NCBI RefSeq assembly: GCF_009914755.1
Contig: NC_060936.1
DNA: 64,000 bases
Direction: 5' to 3' (one strand)
Origin: the human T2T-CHM13v2.0 reference genome, Homo sapiens
The notes under the pieces were generated by a model, which ran no database searches, was not told where the DNA came from, and saw nothing but the letters and a program-made list of their open reading frames with translations. Of the stretch, positions 14,051 to 27,587 are shown in pieces. Positions within the stretch are counted from its first letter, which is position 1. The number at the start of each line of letters is the position of its first letter. The position numbers and the translations under genes were made by a program.

Positions 14051-14520
14051 AGTATTACGGAGGGGCCTCAGCAGGATGGGGAAGTGAAAGAGAGATTGTG
14101 ACTGTAGCTCTGCCTCTGAAGGCTAAAGAGCAAAAGAAATTGGCAGTCTTACACAGCCCCCAGGATCAGCCCCATTGAGCAGCAGAGTTCACTGTTTCAT
14201 AGAAAGAGGAGTAAGGGGGCATATTTCTGGTTGTAAATGAGATACTTATAAGAGACATACACAGATTTGCCTCCCTTTTATATAGAGATAAGTTTCTTGA
14301 GAAAACATTTATGATTAATGTTACATCTAAGATATGCAACGAGGGACCCAACATTTTATAGCATTTTGCTTAAAAATCCTTAAGCCTTACTTTTATTGAA
14401 AGGTTAGCCCAACTTAGTAGTAGAAGTTTATATTAGTTTCAAAGGGTCTCCATGCATAAGATGAGGTCTAATGAAAAGGCAAAAATTCCTGTTCCCTAGC
14501 TGCTGGTGGTATTGAGGGTG

Positions 14521-14548
14521 ACACACACACACACACACACACACACAC
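14521..14548 (+). repeat. (AC)14 microsatellite
   Basis: Direct count. Confidence 0.95.
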
Positions 14549-16009
14549 ATTTTGCACCAATGCTTATTTTGTTTGCCCTTCTGGCTCTCTATTCTTTCTG
14601 TATTAAACTCGAGGTCTGTAAGGAAAAGGGCAAGCTATGAGTACATATTGGCGAGTACATTTATATTTCTCATTTTGTAAAGACACAGAAGCTGAGATCA
14701 CTGCATATCAAGTTCCAGGCAGAGGGAACTTTCCTTGCCAAAGTTAAAATCTGCTAAACCTGAAGATTGGGATTGAAATGACTCCTTAGTGCCAAATAAA
14801 GTTATAGGGTCATTGACATCTTTTAGTAATAGGAGACAGCAAAGCCCTATGGACCACATTCAAAGTGTACGCTCTTCCCTCTCTGCTTTGTCTCCTTAGT
14901 TCCAGAGATTCCCACTGGAGCACACAGGACCTGATCCTCATTTGACCTGTCTCCCTGGGGAGCTTTTCTCTGGGTAGAGGTTTCTTTAACTTCAAAGAAA
15001 CTTCAAAGACAGAGAGAGGAAAAGAGCTGATGGGGTTCTCTAAACCTGCCCTCTTCATTGCCTATGAACTACTTCAACAAGGACTTCTTAAGAATCTATA
15101 AAACATGTGTAACTCCTGGTTGCATTCTCTTAAGGAGCTTATACTCTCTGTGGAGGGACGAAATGTAGACAAATGACCTAATAAAAAGTGGAATGCACCC
15201 TAAAAGTAGAACAAAGAGCCACATGTTTTAAAATACAAAAGTAAGCTGGAATAATCATAGAAAGTTTTGAGCATATGGAATTTTAATTAAGATGCTGAAT
15301 GATGGGCAGAATTTTGGTTTATAAAAAAGAGAGGAGAATGACATTTTAAAATGAAGAAAGAAATGGTCATAGTGTAGGTGCAAAGGTGAAATAAGAAGGC
15401 ATTTGTGGTTCTTGTTCAGATTAGTTAAAATTTAGGGCTTATAAAGGGGAAATAAAACTTACACAAATTATGATCAGGATCTTGCTATGCATATGGGGAT
15501 AGACACTGAACAGTTTTTAGGAAGGAAATCATAGTTTTAAAAGGAATGCTTTAGAGAGATTACTATAATAATCTTTATATTGCCATGGTCTTTTAAAATA
15601 TGGTGGTGATTTTCTTTCTAACAGGAAGCCAGATTTCCTGTTGACAGTAAGGAAGGTGGGCATGCAATTGGGATCTTCAAAAGTATGAAAAATTTGGAAA
15701 GTTACTATGAGGATTTTAATCTAGTAGGAAAGAAATAAAACATTGCAATGAGATCCAAGCAGGCTGAGGTCAGAAAGCCCAGATTATGAAGCGCGAATTA
15801 GTAACTACCAGCATAATACTGTAGTTAGCAGTTCTGGAGTTGAAACATGAAAAGAAGATGGTGGCGAGCACTCAAGGTCAGGAATGTGCATGGCAAGTAG
15901 GTCAGAGAATAAAGAAGTCCTGGAAATTCTAGCATATAGAGAGGGCAGGATTGAGAATGGCTAAATGTTAGTTTCTTTTCCGGTGGAAAAGTAAATAAAG
16001 TGTATGTAT

Positions 16010-16180
16010 ATATTTACCATTTTTCTGAGCACCTATGTGTGTGAGGCAAGGTATAAAACCATTAATTTTTACAAACTCCATGTGTTAGATGTTGATGTTA
16101 TCATGTTACAGACAAGGAAATAGAGAGTTGGAATGGGACTGGTATGGCTGGTACGAGATAGGATTAGGACTCTAGACCAG
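16010..16180 (-). mobile_element. MIR SINE
   Basis: ttttctgagcacctatgtgtgt...catgttacagacaaggaaatagag...ataggattaggactctag. Confidence 0.6.
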
Positions 16181-16889
16181 GCCTGCCTGGTTAGAAGAGA
16201 GTGGTTGGTTGTTTTCTTTGGATGGCAAGGTGAAGATAAATGGGTGAAGTGGCCACTTTTGGAGAAGCCTGGGTCAAGACATGCCAGGTGGCTCTTAGGA
16301 GGTAAAAGGAGGATTATACAATGAAGGGCAAGAGGAGCTCAACTACTGTTTTGGGTGACTATTCATGTCATATGTTAGATGTTAGAATAATACAATTCTC
16401 TAAAATTAATATAATACAAAATAGTAAATCTCAGGATCAGAGTGGCTTTCCAGAGGAATGCAAGTTAATACCCCAGTGTTATTATTGGCACCCCCCACAG
16501 TCCTGTGAAAGAAAGACTGCTCTGGCCAGCAGGAGGACACTAGAGTCAGTCACTCTTCTACAACCAGGGCCTATCCAAGAGATAACCTCAAACTGTGAAT
16601 ACAGGAGCCCCTCAGGCCATCTGCTTGAAACTCCTCTGGTAGAGTGTAGGAGAGGACACCAAACTGGGGTAAAAAGGAGATTAGGTCTAGGCTGGTGTCC
16701 TCGCCCTGGGGCACTGCTTGCTTGGCCAATCCCAGTCACTAGACAGGGATTTACAAAACATGGGGCAGGGGATTGGGAGAAGGAGGGCTGAGGCTTGATC
16801 CTTTCCTTGGGTCTGCGGTGGCTCTGCTGTAAGTGCAGCACTGTTTACTATAGACACTTCAGTGTTGAAAAGCACGTTTTCTCCTGTCA

Positions 16890-17095
16890 GAGAGAACTAC
16901 TTTAGATTCCAATCCCTGTCACTCGCCAAATACTAGTTATGTAATTTTGAGTAAATTGCTTCCCTGGGTCTCAGCTTTCTCATTTCTGTAAAAGTGGGAC
17001 TAAGATGTCTCTCTTGTCAGCTACTTGGTATTTGCCCCACAACTAATAGCACAGCAACTGGCACATTGCCCAAATCAAAAAATGGTAGCTTCTAC
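16890..17095 (+). mobile_element. MIR SINE
   Basis: tactagttatgtaattttgagtaaattgcttccctgggtctcagctttctcatttctgtaaaagtggg. Confidence 0.75.
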
Positions 17096-17299
17096 TAGCT
17101 GACAATAGGTTATAGAAAAAGGAAGTAATCTATTTAATGATAGAAGTTTGCTTTAAAAATTCACATTACTTCACATAAAGTCACCAAATTAGATCATGGT
17201 AGGATCTCATTTTTATAAAGAAAAAAAAGGAAGATTGGAATAAAGTAAGAAAGAGTGTGGAAGGTGAATTAATGATTGTTCTTTTTGCTTTTTTTGTGT

Positions 17300-18175
17300 A
17301 TATTTTCTGTTTTTTTTTTGTGTGTATTTTTGTGCTTATAATGACACTGCTTTTGTAATTTCAAAAAAGGCAACAGAATTAAATAAGAGCAATTGTATTG
17401 AAAAAGTGAAAATATAGCTTTAAAAAATATTTTTAGGTCTTTGTTTCTCACTATTCCCCATGTTTCAAATTCAAAATGCTTAGGAATTTAGAACATTTTT
17501 GGTTCATTTATAACTATATTATAATAACATATCTAGCAATTTTAAAAGAGATACACTTGTTCACATATACATTTATGACTCAATCTGTATTGCCTCAAAT
17601 TTTCTCCACTCAAACACAACTGGTTTTGTTCTTTCTGTTCCACTCCATTGCTTGCCCATATATAAACAAGTACTACATGTTGTAATCATAGAGTGTATAG
17701 AGATGTTGTGTGCTTTTTTCACTTAACATTTTTCACATTGCCCCATAGTCTCCATATCCGTGACTTTTCCCGGCTGTTTAGTAATCTTCTATTAAGCACT
17801 GTGATGTTATTTGTTTCCCTAAGTTTGAACATTTCAGACACTTCCCCATTTTAAAAGCATGGACTAACCACACAACCATAAAGTTTTGTGCAAATATATA
17901 AAAACCTTTTTCTTCTGGTGAACTGTTTCCTTAGAATAAAAATTTTTCAGAGATACAAGTAATATTTTTCTGGTTATTAAAATTTATTTCCAAATAGTTT
18001 TTCAAAACGTCTCTATAGATTTACAAATACACTCGCTTGGCAGCTGTGGTAGTTTGTTGGTCTTCTGGTCCAGTCTCACATTCTCCTTATTATCATTTTA
18101 ATTTGTATTTCTCTGATCACTAGCAGGTTTAAGCATTGTCACTTCCATGCTCACTTTTTATGTTTCTTCTAGTAG
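17300..18175 (-). mobile_element. Old L1 (L1ME-like) fragments
   Basis: Degenerate antisense L1 3' sequence (ttttttcacttaacatt...ttttaatttgtatttctctgatcactagcaggtttaagcat). Confidence 0.55.
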
Positions 18176-18299
18176 CTCTGACATTTGGAAATAAATGCAA
18201 CCTTTTCAAGTGTAAGGGAAGCAGATGAAGTTCCTTAGTCATCGTTTTTTTTTTTTTACTTGTTTTAAAACTAACAAAAAGTATTCATTCTACTTTTGA

Positions 18300-18900
18300 A
18301 TTGTCCCCAAAATGCCAAATGCGGCAATTGGAGATCAGAAATAAAAAGCAAATCCATCCATTGTTTTGCTTTTGCGCCATCTCACCCTCAAAAAAGAAAC
18401 TGAGGGCCTTGATATGTCCTTGCTGAACATTCTGAGACCCGAGGCACCAATTCCACAGTCTCCTGGAGGAACTGGTTGTTGAGACAGTCGAAACAATCAT
18501 ACTTTGGATAACGGATTGAATTACTAACCAGAATCAACCATTTATGGGCCAGTTAGTTTGGTTGTTATAGCAACAAAACTTGATTTGGCATTCAGTTATT
18601 CAGTCAATAGTTCAGCAGCATTCAGCCAATGACCTGCAAATAGTACATGCTGTCGATAATGAAGGCTGCCTTTCCTTTCTCAATAAACCTTATGCCAAAG
18701 TCCATCTGCAAATGTTCAGGGGTTAGTATTTCGGGTTTGAAGCGTCTCTCCCTCCCCTTACCACCTGCCCCTGGAAATGGATCCAGGCCTTCTTCTGGAT
18801 ATTGGCATTAGCTTAAGTCAGAAATTATACAAAGATGTGCACAGCAGCATAGCTGGATAGAACGCTGTGTCACTCGTTAGATCCCAGCTTTGGGAAGCTG
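18300..18900. promoter_or_regulatory. Candidate enhancer (RFX X-box, CCAAT, NFI half-site, SOX and HOX/CDX motifs)
   Basis: Non-repetitive stretch with about 10 retained CpGs. GTTGTTATAGCAAC at 18561-18574; cagccaatga near 18623; ccattgtt near 18358; tttatgg at 18541. Motif evidence only. Confidence 0.35.
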
Positions 18901-19522
18901 AGGGGATTTAATTTGCTTTACTCAGTTTTATAGGAGAACCAGAGAAAATGGCTGCCCTGGAGGATCAAGTAGTTTCTCTCCTTCCTGGCACTTCCTGAGT
19001 TTTGCTCTGTCTTACATTAATCATTCTGAATGTGACTCTCCCTCATGGCCCATTGAACTGTGGATCAATCACAACATTTTCAAAGTGCTGTAATTTCATA
19101 CATATTTCAACACAGACCTAAGAGTTTCCATATACGTTGACCATTCCGGGCAAATGCTTCATAGACTAGTAACCTAATATGCTTAGTAATCCCTTAGGGA
19201 AGCAAGTGCAGTAGTTAGCTGCAGCTCTAGAGGTAAATCTCTACCTGGATGTCTGTTCCACTTGTAAGAAGTTTTACATTCTATCTTTAGGCAACTGTTA
19301 CTTACACAATTACACAAAAATGTATAAAATTTTTCATCCAAGAACCTATTTTGAATTTACATTTAAAGTGTATATGCATGCATTTAAGAAGTCATAGAAT
19401 AATAAAAAAAATTTTGGGGGAAAGCCACTGCTTGATTAAAGCCAACTTATAGGCTCCACCAACAATAAAGAAGCTATAAACATTATCTCCTGTTGCTCAT
19501 GTGGCAACATTAAAAATGTGTT

Positions 19523-19805
19523 GCCACCTGACATGGTGGCTCACGCCTGTAATCCCAGCACTTTGGGAGGCTGTGGCGGGTGGATCACTTGAGGTCAGGA
19601 GTCAGCCTGGGCAACATGATGAAACCCCACCATTAATAAAAATACAAAAATTAGCCCGGTGTGGTGGTGGATGCCTGTAGTCCCAGCTACAGGCTGAGGC
19701 AGGAGAATCGCTTGAACCTGGGAGGCAGAGCTTGCAGTGAGCCAAAATGGCTGCTCTGTACTCCAATCTAGGTGACAGAGTGAGACTCCATCTAAAAAAA
19801 AAAAA
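19523..19805 (+). mobile_element. AluS with two small internal deletions
   Basis: Dimeric Alu with poly(A). Short deletions at 'aggagt^cagcctgg' and 'cagctac^aggctgagg'. Confidence 0.92.
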
Positions 19806-21050
19806 ATGTTGCACCGAATCTAATATATCTTCCTGTGGGTGCTTCCACAAGCTATGGTATATATAATCTAGATTTATGTTCTATTTTTTAAAAAATCTAA
19901 ATAAAATTTTATTTTAATGTTTTGATAGGTCATTTTATTTTTGCTAATCTTTCTGCAGAAAGACAATGCTGCCAACAAACCATCAACCAATGTATGATGT
20001 ACATTTTGAGGGCATCTATTTGCTTTTCCAGTAGTAGGGATGGCTTTGATTCTTTTACATATTATTCTACTTTCTGTCTCCAACCAAAGTATACATAGGG
20101 GAAATGCTCAACCAGAATTTAAAGTACAACACAGCTAACTGACCCACAAAATGATTGAACCCAGAACACCAGCTTGATCAGTATGCCAAGTCAGTTTTCT
20201 GTTACATGGTAGCCTTTTAAATAAAGAACATGGCAAGCTGGAGTTGGTTAGTCAAACTCATTTTCCTTAAATCAAGGAAGAACTAATAGTCTCTTGTAAT
20301 GAATGTCTCTTTTTTCCCATTTGCTTTGTTATTGACTACATGCCTGAACAATTTAGCAAATTTAATGCAGCAGATTTTACAAAGAACTTTTTTTGACCTG
20401 TCATAATATTAAAAAGCCGAGTTTGGGTAATAGTTTCTGACTATTTTGATAAAGGGATTATATTTTTAAACTCACAGGTAATAACTCTGTAGCTTTCTTT
20501 AGTCCAGAATATCTAATCATGGAAGATCTCTGGAGACAGAAAGAAGATTTCTAGATATGAGTCCCTCCGTTTTTTAAAAGGACACATTCTATTTTTATAA
20601 ACAAGTCTCGAACTGAGGTCACAGATAGAGTTTCAAGAGTCAAGGTCATCCAATTTGGGGCTTCAATTTTTGATGTTAAGTTCCACAGTTGATACTGATA
20701 TCCATTTCCCTCTCCATTTTTGTCTCCCTCTCTTGGTTTCTAAAATTGTTTTCAGTATCAGGTGTTTTCTTTTGTCTTTTCTTGCTGCATTTGGAATGAG
20801 GCTAACTTCCTTCTGGCCTTAAGACTGCCTGTAGGGAGGGATTTGCACACAGGGTTGGGCAACCTCCCCAAACAGGATGATGAAAATTCCCTCAAGCCCT
20901 TCTTCTAGGCAGGTTCCCCTGATATCCAATCTTCGAGTTCCAGCCAAGTACAAAATGCAGATCTCTAAACACTTGATTCTTTCTTTGAAGCTATCTGCCC
21001 TTGCCCATATCATTTTGCATTCCAGGGTAGAGAATAAAAATTCTTTTTGG

Positions 21051-21560
21051 TTATAACTGAGAACATGAAGTGTTTGGTTTTCTGTTCCTGTGTTCATTGC
21101 TGAGGATAATGGCATCCAGCTCCATCCATATCACTGCAAAGGACATGATCTCATTCCTTTTTATGACTGCATAGTATTCCTTGGTGTATATATACATTTT
21201 CTTTATCCAGTCTATTATTGATGGGCATTTGGGTTCCATGTCTTTGCTATTGTGAATAGTGCTATAATATACACGTGCATGTATCTTTATTATGGAATGA
21301 TTTATATTCATTTGGGCATATAACTAGTAATGGGAGCTGAACAATGAGAACAAATGGACACAGGGAGGCGAAAAACACACACTGGGACCTGTCAGGGAGG
21401 AGTGGGAGGGAGAGCATCAGGATAAATAGCTAATGCACGCACGGCTTAATACCTGAGTGATGGGTTGACAGGTGCAGAAAATCATCATGGTACACATTTA
21501 CCTATGTAAGAAACCTGTACATCCTGCACATACATCCCAGAACTTAAAAGGAAAATAAAA
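21051..21560 (+). mobile_element. L1PA (older, roughly PA8-13) 3' end with 5' inversion
   Basis: 21051-21335 is antisense L1 ORF2-end/3'UTR sequence. 21331-21560 is sense 3'UTR ending in aacttaaaag...aataaaa. Confidence 0.92.
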
Positions 21561-22184
21561 TTAACTTTTTTAAAAAAATCAACAAATACATATTCATTTA
21601 AATGGGAAAAAATATTTTTTGTTTAAACACTCTCCTGTCCATGTTCAGTCTTTTCATTCCTATGTCCTTTCCATGATTCCTTCTTTGGATCTGAACCACT
21701 CCAAAAAAAGGATGGTGCCGGGCATTTGATATTCATGGCTTATATATCATGACCATTTAACCATGTCATTTAGCTACTTAGGTCAGTCATTAGTCTTATC
21801 AGTTTAGCTGATGTATTTTAAAGCTTTCAAATCTTGTTTAGCTTTAGTTTCCGCTAACATAAAGAGAAAATATGGGCAGATATGAAATGCAGTGCTACAG
21901 ATAAACGGATTTATTTAAGAGCCAAGTAGAAGATGACTTTTCTTTCCAGTAAACGTCTTACCTGTTCTAAGCTCCCAATGAATTTTAGTGTGATCATGTG
22001 GGCAGATGAGTGATCTAACACATGGTGTGACCGTTTTCAAAACAAACATATACGGATGATTCAGGGTTGATAACCAAACATGCTCTCTTCTTGACATATC
22101 AGACCACTGTCAGAAAAGAAAAAGGGCTTACTTTGGAAAGAGACCTCACTTTTTGGCCCCACTCTCTGATGATGAAAAGCCCTT

Positions 22185-22320
22185 TATGTTGGAATTGTCC
22201 TTGTTCTGCTTCCAGTTGCGTGACCTTGAGCAAGTCACAACCTCCATGTTTGTTTATTCAACACTACATGAGTAAATTAGATTTTCATGACCCTTTCAGT
22301 TAAAGAATCTAGAACTATAT
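22185..22320 (+). mobile_element. MIR/MIR3 fragment
   Basis: ccagttgcgtgaccttgagcaagtcacaacctc. Confidence 0.7.
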
Positions 22321-24095
22321 ATAGAGCAAAGAATCCATAAATTCAGAGGTAATGAAGCCATTTTATTTTTCATTGTTCGTTTGTCAGCCACAAAATTAAC
22401 ATGAGTTGGGTTGGTGTTAAATAGAAGACCCAGTCCAAGTGAGATTAACTGAGACTAAGAGTTAAGTGTACACCCAGTCGACCTCTGAGTACTCACTGAT
22501 CAGTGCTGCTCCGTGAATGCACTTTCCAGAAACTTAACACAGCATGTTGTGCTCATGAACCCATCAGCCAACTGAATATCTCCTAATAACAATGAATGGC
22601 CAAGCCATTTCCACCTTTCACAAGTTACTTTAACTCTTCTTTCTTAACAAGAAGGAAACACTACGGCATCCAAGACATTGCTTGGGCCAGTGTGTTGGAT
22701 GCATTTGTTGTACTACATTTTTAATGATCAAACTGTGAAAAGTTCTTGGCAATAAAGCAGACTATGGAACACACAGGAAAATGTGATTTTTAAGGGCAAA
22801 GAAAAATCTCCTTTCTTTTTTACAATAGCAAAATATTTTGGGTCAGGTTCTTTGACTAAAATTCAATTCCCCAAAAGCCTCTAAAGTTTTTTCATCATTT
22901 AAAAAAAAATCAGAAAACATTTCTATTTAAACAGCACAACTCTAACTCCAATAGAACCTGCATAGTTTTCCCAACAACCCTATCAATGCAATAGTGTTAT
23001 GCAGTCTGGGAATAAATGAAATTCATTTTTAGCGTCACCATAGTCTTAAGCCAAGTGATATTGCCAACAATGCAGCAAAGATTAGCTCTAATGGAGAAGA
23101 AATGACAGCCTGAAGAATTTCTTCTCAAATTTCTTCCAACTGTCAGTGAGTCAAAACCACAAAGAGTAACTGATTCAACAGCCCAGAAAGAGATGAGGAG
23201 CTGAAAAACTTCCAATACCTGTCAAAGAAACTTGTAGTCTTTCTTACATTTTGAAATTAAGTTTTACTTATGTCAACCCCATCAGCACAAAGGAATAAAC
23301 TAACACTCTGTTTATATGACACCACACCAACCAGGCAATTCAGTGGGCAGTGAACTCAAATCCTTTGATTGACTCAATTTTTTACTTTCAGTTTGCTATT
23401 TCATTATATTTAATTGGCCACAATCTTAAAATGGACATATTCTTTCAATACATTCATGTGGTATTTGATCAATAACAACTTTCTGCCCCAGTTAGTCCCA
23501 GAGATTGCAATAACATGCTTTCAGTTCTTAATCTGTGTTAATCATCTAAATAAAAATCAATGCCTGCAATTCTATATTTAGAAGTAGCACACAAACTTTG
23601 TTGAAAATTGTACTTATAATCTTCTATTCAACATGGAACAACCTATGTTGTTTACTGTCGTGAGAGTTTGAGTTAGTAATCAAAATATCCAACCCACTTC
23701 ATTGAGCCAACTTTATTAATGTCTCTGTGCTGAGAGAGATTGAGAAAAAATCAATTTAAGTCTGGTGAATTTTTTACTGATAAAAAATTTTCCCACTTTT
23801 GAGAATTAATCTTTTCTAAAAGACACTACAGAAATGTACTCCCATGAATGATCATTACATGTATAAAAATAGTTAAATATGTACTAAATGAGAGAAAGTG
23901 ATTTGAAATAGTCCCCAGATATTTGAAGTACATTTTTCCCCAATGGTAATAATCCACTTAGGTTATAATTGCTTAGCTGAACTGAATTAGTTAAAAACAG
24001 AAGCTATTTTTCAGGGAAAACAAACTGCAATGGCTCTTAATTGCTACTAACATTTGTTAATAGTTTCAGTTTATTTCATATGGATTTTTATTTTC

Positions 24096-24288
24096 TTTTT
24101 AAAATTAATTTTTTTTTGTATTTTTATTGGCATATCATAGTTGCACATATTTGGGGGTACATGTGATACTTTGATACGTATATCCAATGTGTGATGATCA
24201 AGTCAGCGTCATTGGGATATCTACCACCTCAAGCATTTATCTTTTCTTTGTGCTGGGAACGTTACAATTCTCTTTTAGCTATTTTGCA
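24096..24288 (-). mobile_element. Short L1MA (L1MA4/5-like) 3' end
   Basis: cacatatttgggggtacatgtgatactttgatac...cacctcaagcatttatcttttctttgtgctgggaac. Perfect 13-bp TSD gatttttattttc at 24083-24095 and 24289-24301. Confidence 0.9.
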
Positions 24289-25699
24289 GATTTTTATTTT
24301 CAAGGGTATTATTTGGAAAGATGTCATTTTGTCTGGCCTAAGCCAAAATAGCACTTCTAGCTGAAAGCAGCTCTCAAAATCAGTCATGATTACCCATAGG
24401 AAATAATTATTTTATTGGGGTTGGACTTTGTAGATTCAACTACTTTAGAGAGAGCAAATATCCCACCACTGCATAGGATGATACAGACAACACCCAAAAA
24501 GAGAAGGACAGAGAATTCTTACACGTTAATGGTCTAGTCACATTTTATTTCCTTTCCTTCTATACATGCCCCAAATCATACAACAGGGACAATACTCACT
24601 ACAAGAAAACTATATCCATGAACCTCATTCTCATAGACACAACTATCAAATGACCTTATGTCAGAGAATAACATGTCACCAGTAATGAAGGAGGCAAGGA
24701 TTGTCAGCAATAGCTTGTACCTACTGAAATATCCATAGACATTATTGTGTTATTGTAATATTTTGAGCATATTCTTTTTAATTAAAGGTGAAATATTAGT
24801 TCTGCACTTAAAATACATATCACAACGTATTTGGAAACATTGTTACAGTAAATGATTCCAGATGTTCTCTGACAAGTCATGAGAGCCCATTTGAGAAAAA
24901 TTGATATACAGTAATGTATGTGTGTGTATAAGTTAAACTGTGTTTACATATACATTTATGTATATCATATACAGGCAGACAGACACACACCCATATACAT
25001 TCATACACAATGACAAGAAAATAAACCAGAGTAAATGTGGAAATTTGGGGAAAGAAATTGATAACTCTCCATAAACAATTTGCTAAAGTAAATCACTGAA
25101 CTTAATGGTTGAAATGAAACACACAAGGGAGCAATTAGGTAGAGTAATGCAAAGGCAAATAAATAAGACCAAACTTCAAGCAAATATAATGGTTCTTCAA
25201 TGCTGCTGATAAGTTTCAAGACAAGTTAGCTTGACTAGTTAAATCTCAGGAAGGAGCAGTATCATGAACATCTTCAGAATCTAGATGGAGCTATAAGTCG
25301 ATAGTATTCAAAATCAAAAGTAAATATGGGGAAAATAAAACTTTACAAAGTAACTTCAAATAGACTCAGAACAAATATTAAGGTTTAATATTTTTACAAA
25401 GAATTAATAAAAGAACTAAAATATGACAATGATCATTTAAATTAGTAGAAAACACTGACTTATATTTTCTAAGTTCAATATTTAATTATCTTCTCCAAGA
25501 CACATTTTTTAAAAGTTTGGGATACTTAAGAAAGATGAAAAGACATTAAAAAGCATTTTAATATTTTAAAGAAGGTATTATTCTTTTAAAATGACACCGA
25601 TTTTTTTTTCTGACTGTAAGAGGAATAATGGCTTATTGTAGAAAATTTAGATGACTAGAAATGAATAAAACTAAAATTCGACACTCTGTAGGTGGAAAT

Positions 25700-27560
25700 A
25701 TCCAAAGCAATAAATAAATTGTATATGGATTGGAATAAAAATAACTATATATATATATAGATTGAAAAAGAACAGATAAAGACATTTACTTGGAAGTATG
25801 TGAACTAATACAAGAGTCAGCAAGGTGGGCCAGGCAGAATATTAGCATACAAAAATTAATAGCTTTCTATTACACAAACAAAAACAGATTAGATATGTAT
25901 TATACTTTTAAAATATCTCATTTTCAAAAAGCAGTAAATCTTTTTCAAGTTATAAATAAGTAACAAGTTATGGCATAATCTATAAAGCTTTTTGAAGGCC
26001 TTAAAAGAGAAACAAGTGGAACATAAAATGTATTTAATCAATAGGAATGCTCAATGTTGTATCTTAATAACTCAAATTTCATAAAATAAATGAAATCCCA
26101 ATCAAGGTCCCCCAAGGTATTTCATGAAACTTGATAATTTGATTTTAAAGTTCATATGGAGGAGCAAATACTTAAGAATAAACTGAGGCAGGAGAATGGC
26201 GTGAACCCGGGAGGCGGAGCTTGCCGTGAGCCCAGATCACACCACTGCACTCCAGCCTGGGTGACAGAGCGAGAGTCTGTCTCAAAAAAAACAAAAACAA
26301 ACAAACATAAAAACAAAACAACAACAAAAAAGAATAACCAGGATAATCTTGAAATTGAAGAAAGCAACAAAGTGATACATTCAACTAGACACCAAAACAA
26401 AGTATAGAGATGTAATTAAAGTAATAACAAAGCAGCATGGTACAAGACAACATGAATTAATCTATATATCTGAGTTGAGTTCTGAACTTTCCATTTTGGA
26501 TATATGGAAAGTTGTTAACTTTACTTAGGTGTGTGTGGTAATTTAATGTACATCCAAGGCCAGCATTTCAAATGAGTGGGAAAAGATGATAAGCTGAATC
26601 AATGTTTTGGGAAAATGAAAGGATGTAGAAGTGGAGTTCTACTTCAAATCATAAAATGAAATAAATTTTGGCTGAATTAAATAAAAATATTCATTCTTAA
26701 TAATGAATACAGTGCAGTGTATTATGGTTTTACAGGTAAGGAAGGCTTTACTTAGCAAAACACAAAAAACAAATCCCATAAAAAGAAGAATGACATATTT
26801 GTCTAAATTGAATTTTAAAGTTAAGTGAAAAAATAATCATTACCTTCGGAGCATGTCAACATGTATACAGATAATCAATTATTATTCAGTAAAATATGAT
26901 GTATTTTATACCTATATACCCTTCAAAGTCAATAAACTAAAGACAAACAACACAGCAGAAAAATGGGCAAGGGATACAAACAAGTACATAACTGACTAGT
27001 AAACATAAAACTATGTCCTACTTTACTAACAGTTAGAAAAGTTACAATTAAAATGATTTACCATATTTTAATCTCACAGAGAGGCCAATGCAAAAGTTTA
27101 ATAATATCAACTGTCAACAAGGAATTAGGGCAATATGTGCTCTTTGCACAGCAAAGGACAGTGCGAATTGGCACAGCCATCTTGGTGGACAACTTGGCAA
27201 GCTCTGTTAAAATTGGAAATGTGTGAACCTTAGATTTGTTTGTAGAATAAAAATTGAAATCAAATCGAATAGCCATTATTGTAAGGATGGGAACTAAAGA
27301 ATGAAGTAGATTTTTTTCGTATACTAGCATGACAAATCTCTTAAGTCATGGTTAGGTAAAAACAAAAAGGACAAAAATCAAAACAATGAAAAGCAGATCA
27401 CAAATGAGTATACTACAATATGATATTTTGGGAAAAATACAATGAAAAACAAAACTGTATAATTTCACAAATGTAAATACAAAGAAACATTCTAGATGGA
27501 TGCACATGAACTTCATAGCAATGAATTTTATAACAATGATACTCCTATGGAGGATGAAAG
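25700..27560 (+). mobile_element. Old L1 (L1ME-like) ORF2 3' part and 3'UTR
   Basis: agcatacaaaaattaatagctttctat...atcccaatcaagg...gaaacttgataattt...aaaatgggcaagggatacaaac...cagccatcttggtggacaacttggca. Confidence 0.75.
26183..26329 (+). mobile_element. 5'-truncated AluY (part of right monomer) inserted in L1ME
   Basis: gagaatggcgtgaacccgggaggcggagcttgc (AluY diagnostic), A/C-rich tail, TSD aagaataa at 26174-26181 and 26330-26337. Confidence 0.92.
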
Positions 27561-27587
27561 GGGATCAAGACATGGAATAAGGCCAAA

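Noticed and set aside
16523-16543. CTCF-like motif tggccagcaggaggacacta
   Set aside because: The 5' half matches but the critical GGC(A/G) 3' part is out of register.
16321-16791. Longest ORF (156 aa) as a CDS
   Set aside because: No recognisable domain or exon structure; the locally higher GC content makes stops rarer.
18030-18046. Similarity to the U6 snRNA 5' end (ctcgcttggcagc)
   Set aside because: Only about 13 nt with a gap and no continuation into U6 sequence; a chance match.
19930-20100. Strong acceptor-like site (gctaat...ctttctgcag at 19958)
   Set aside because: No convincing donor or coding frame downstream; such sites are common in AT-rich DNA.
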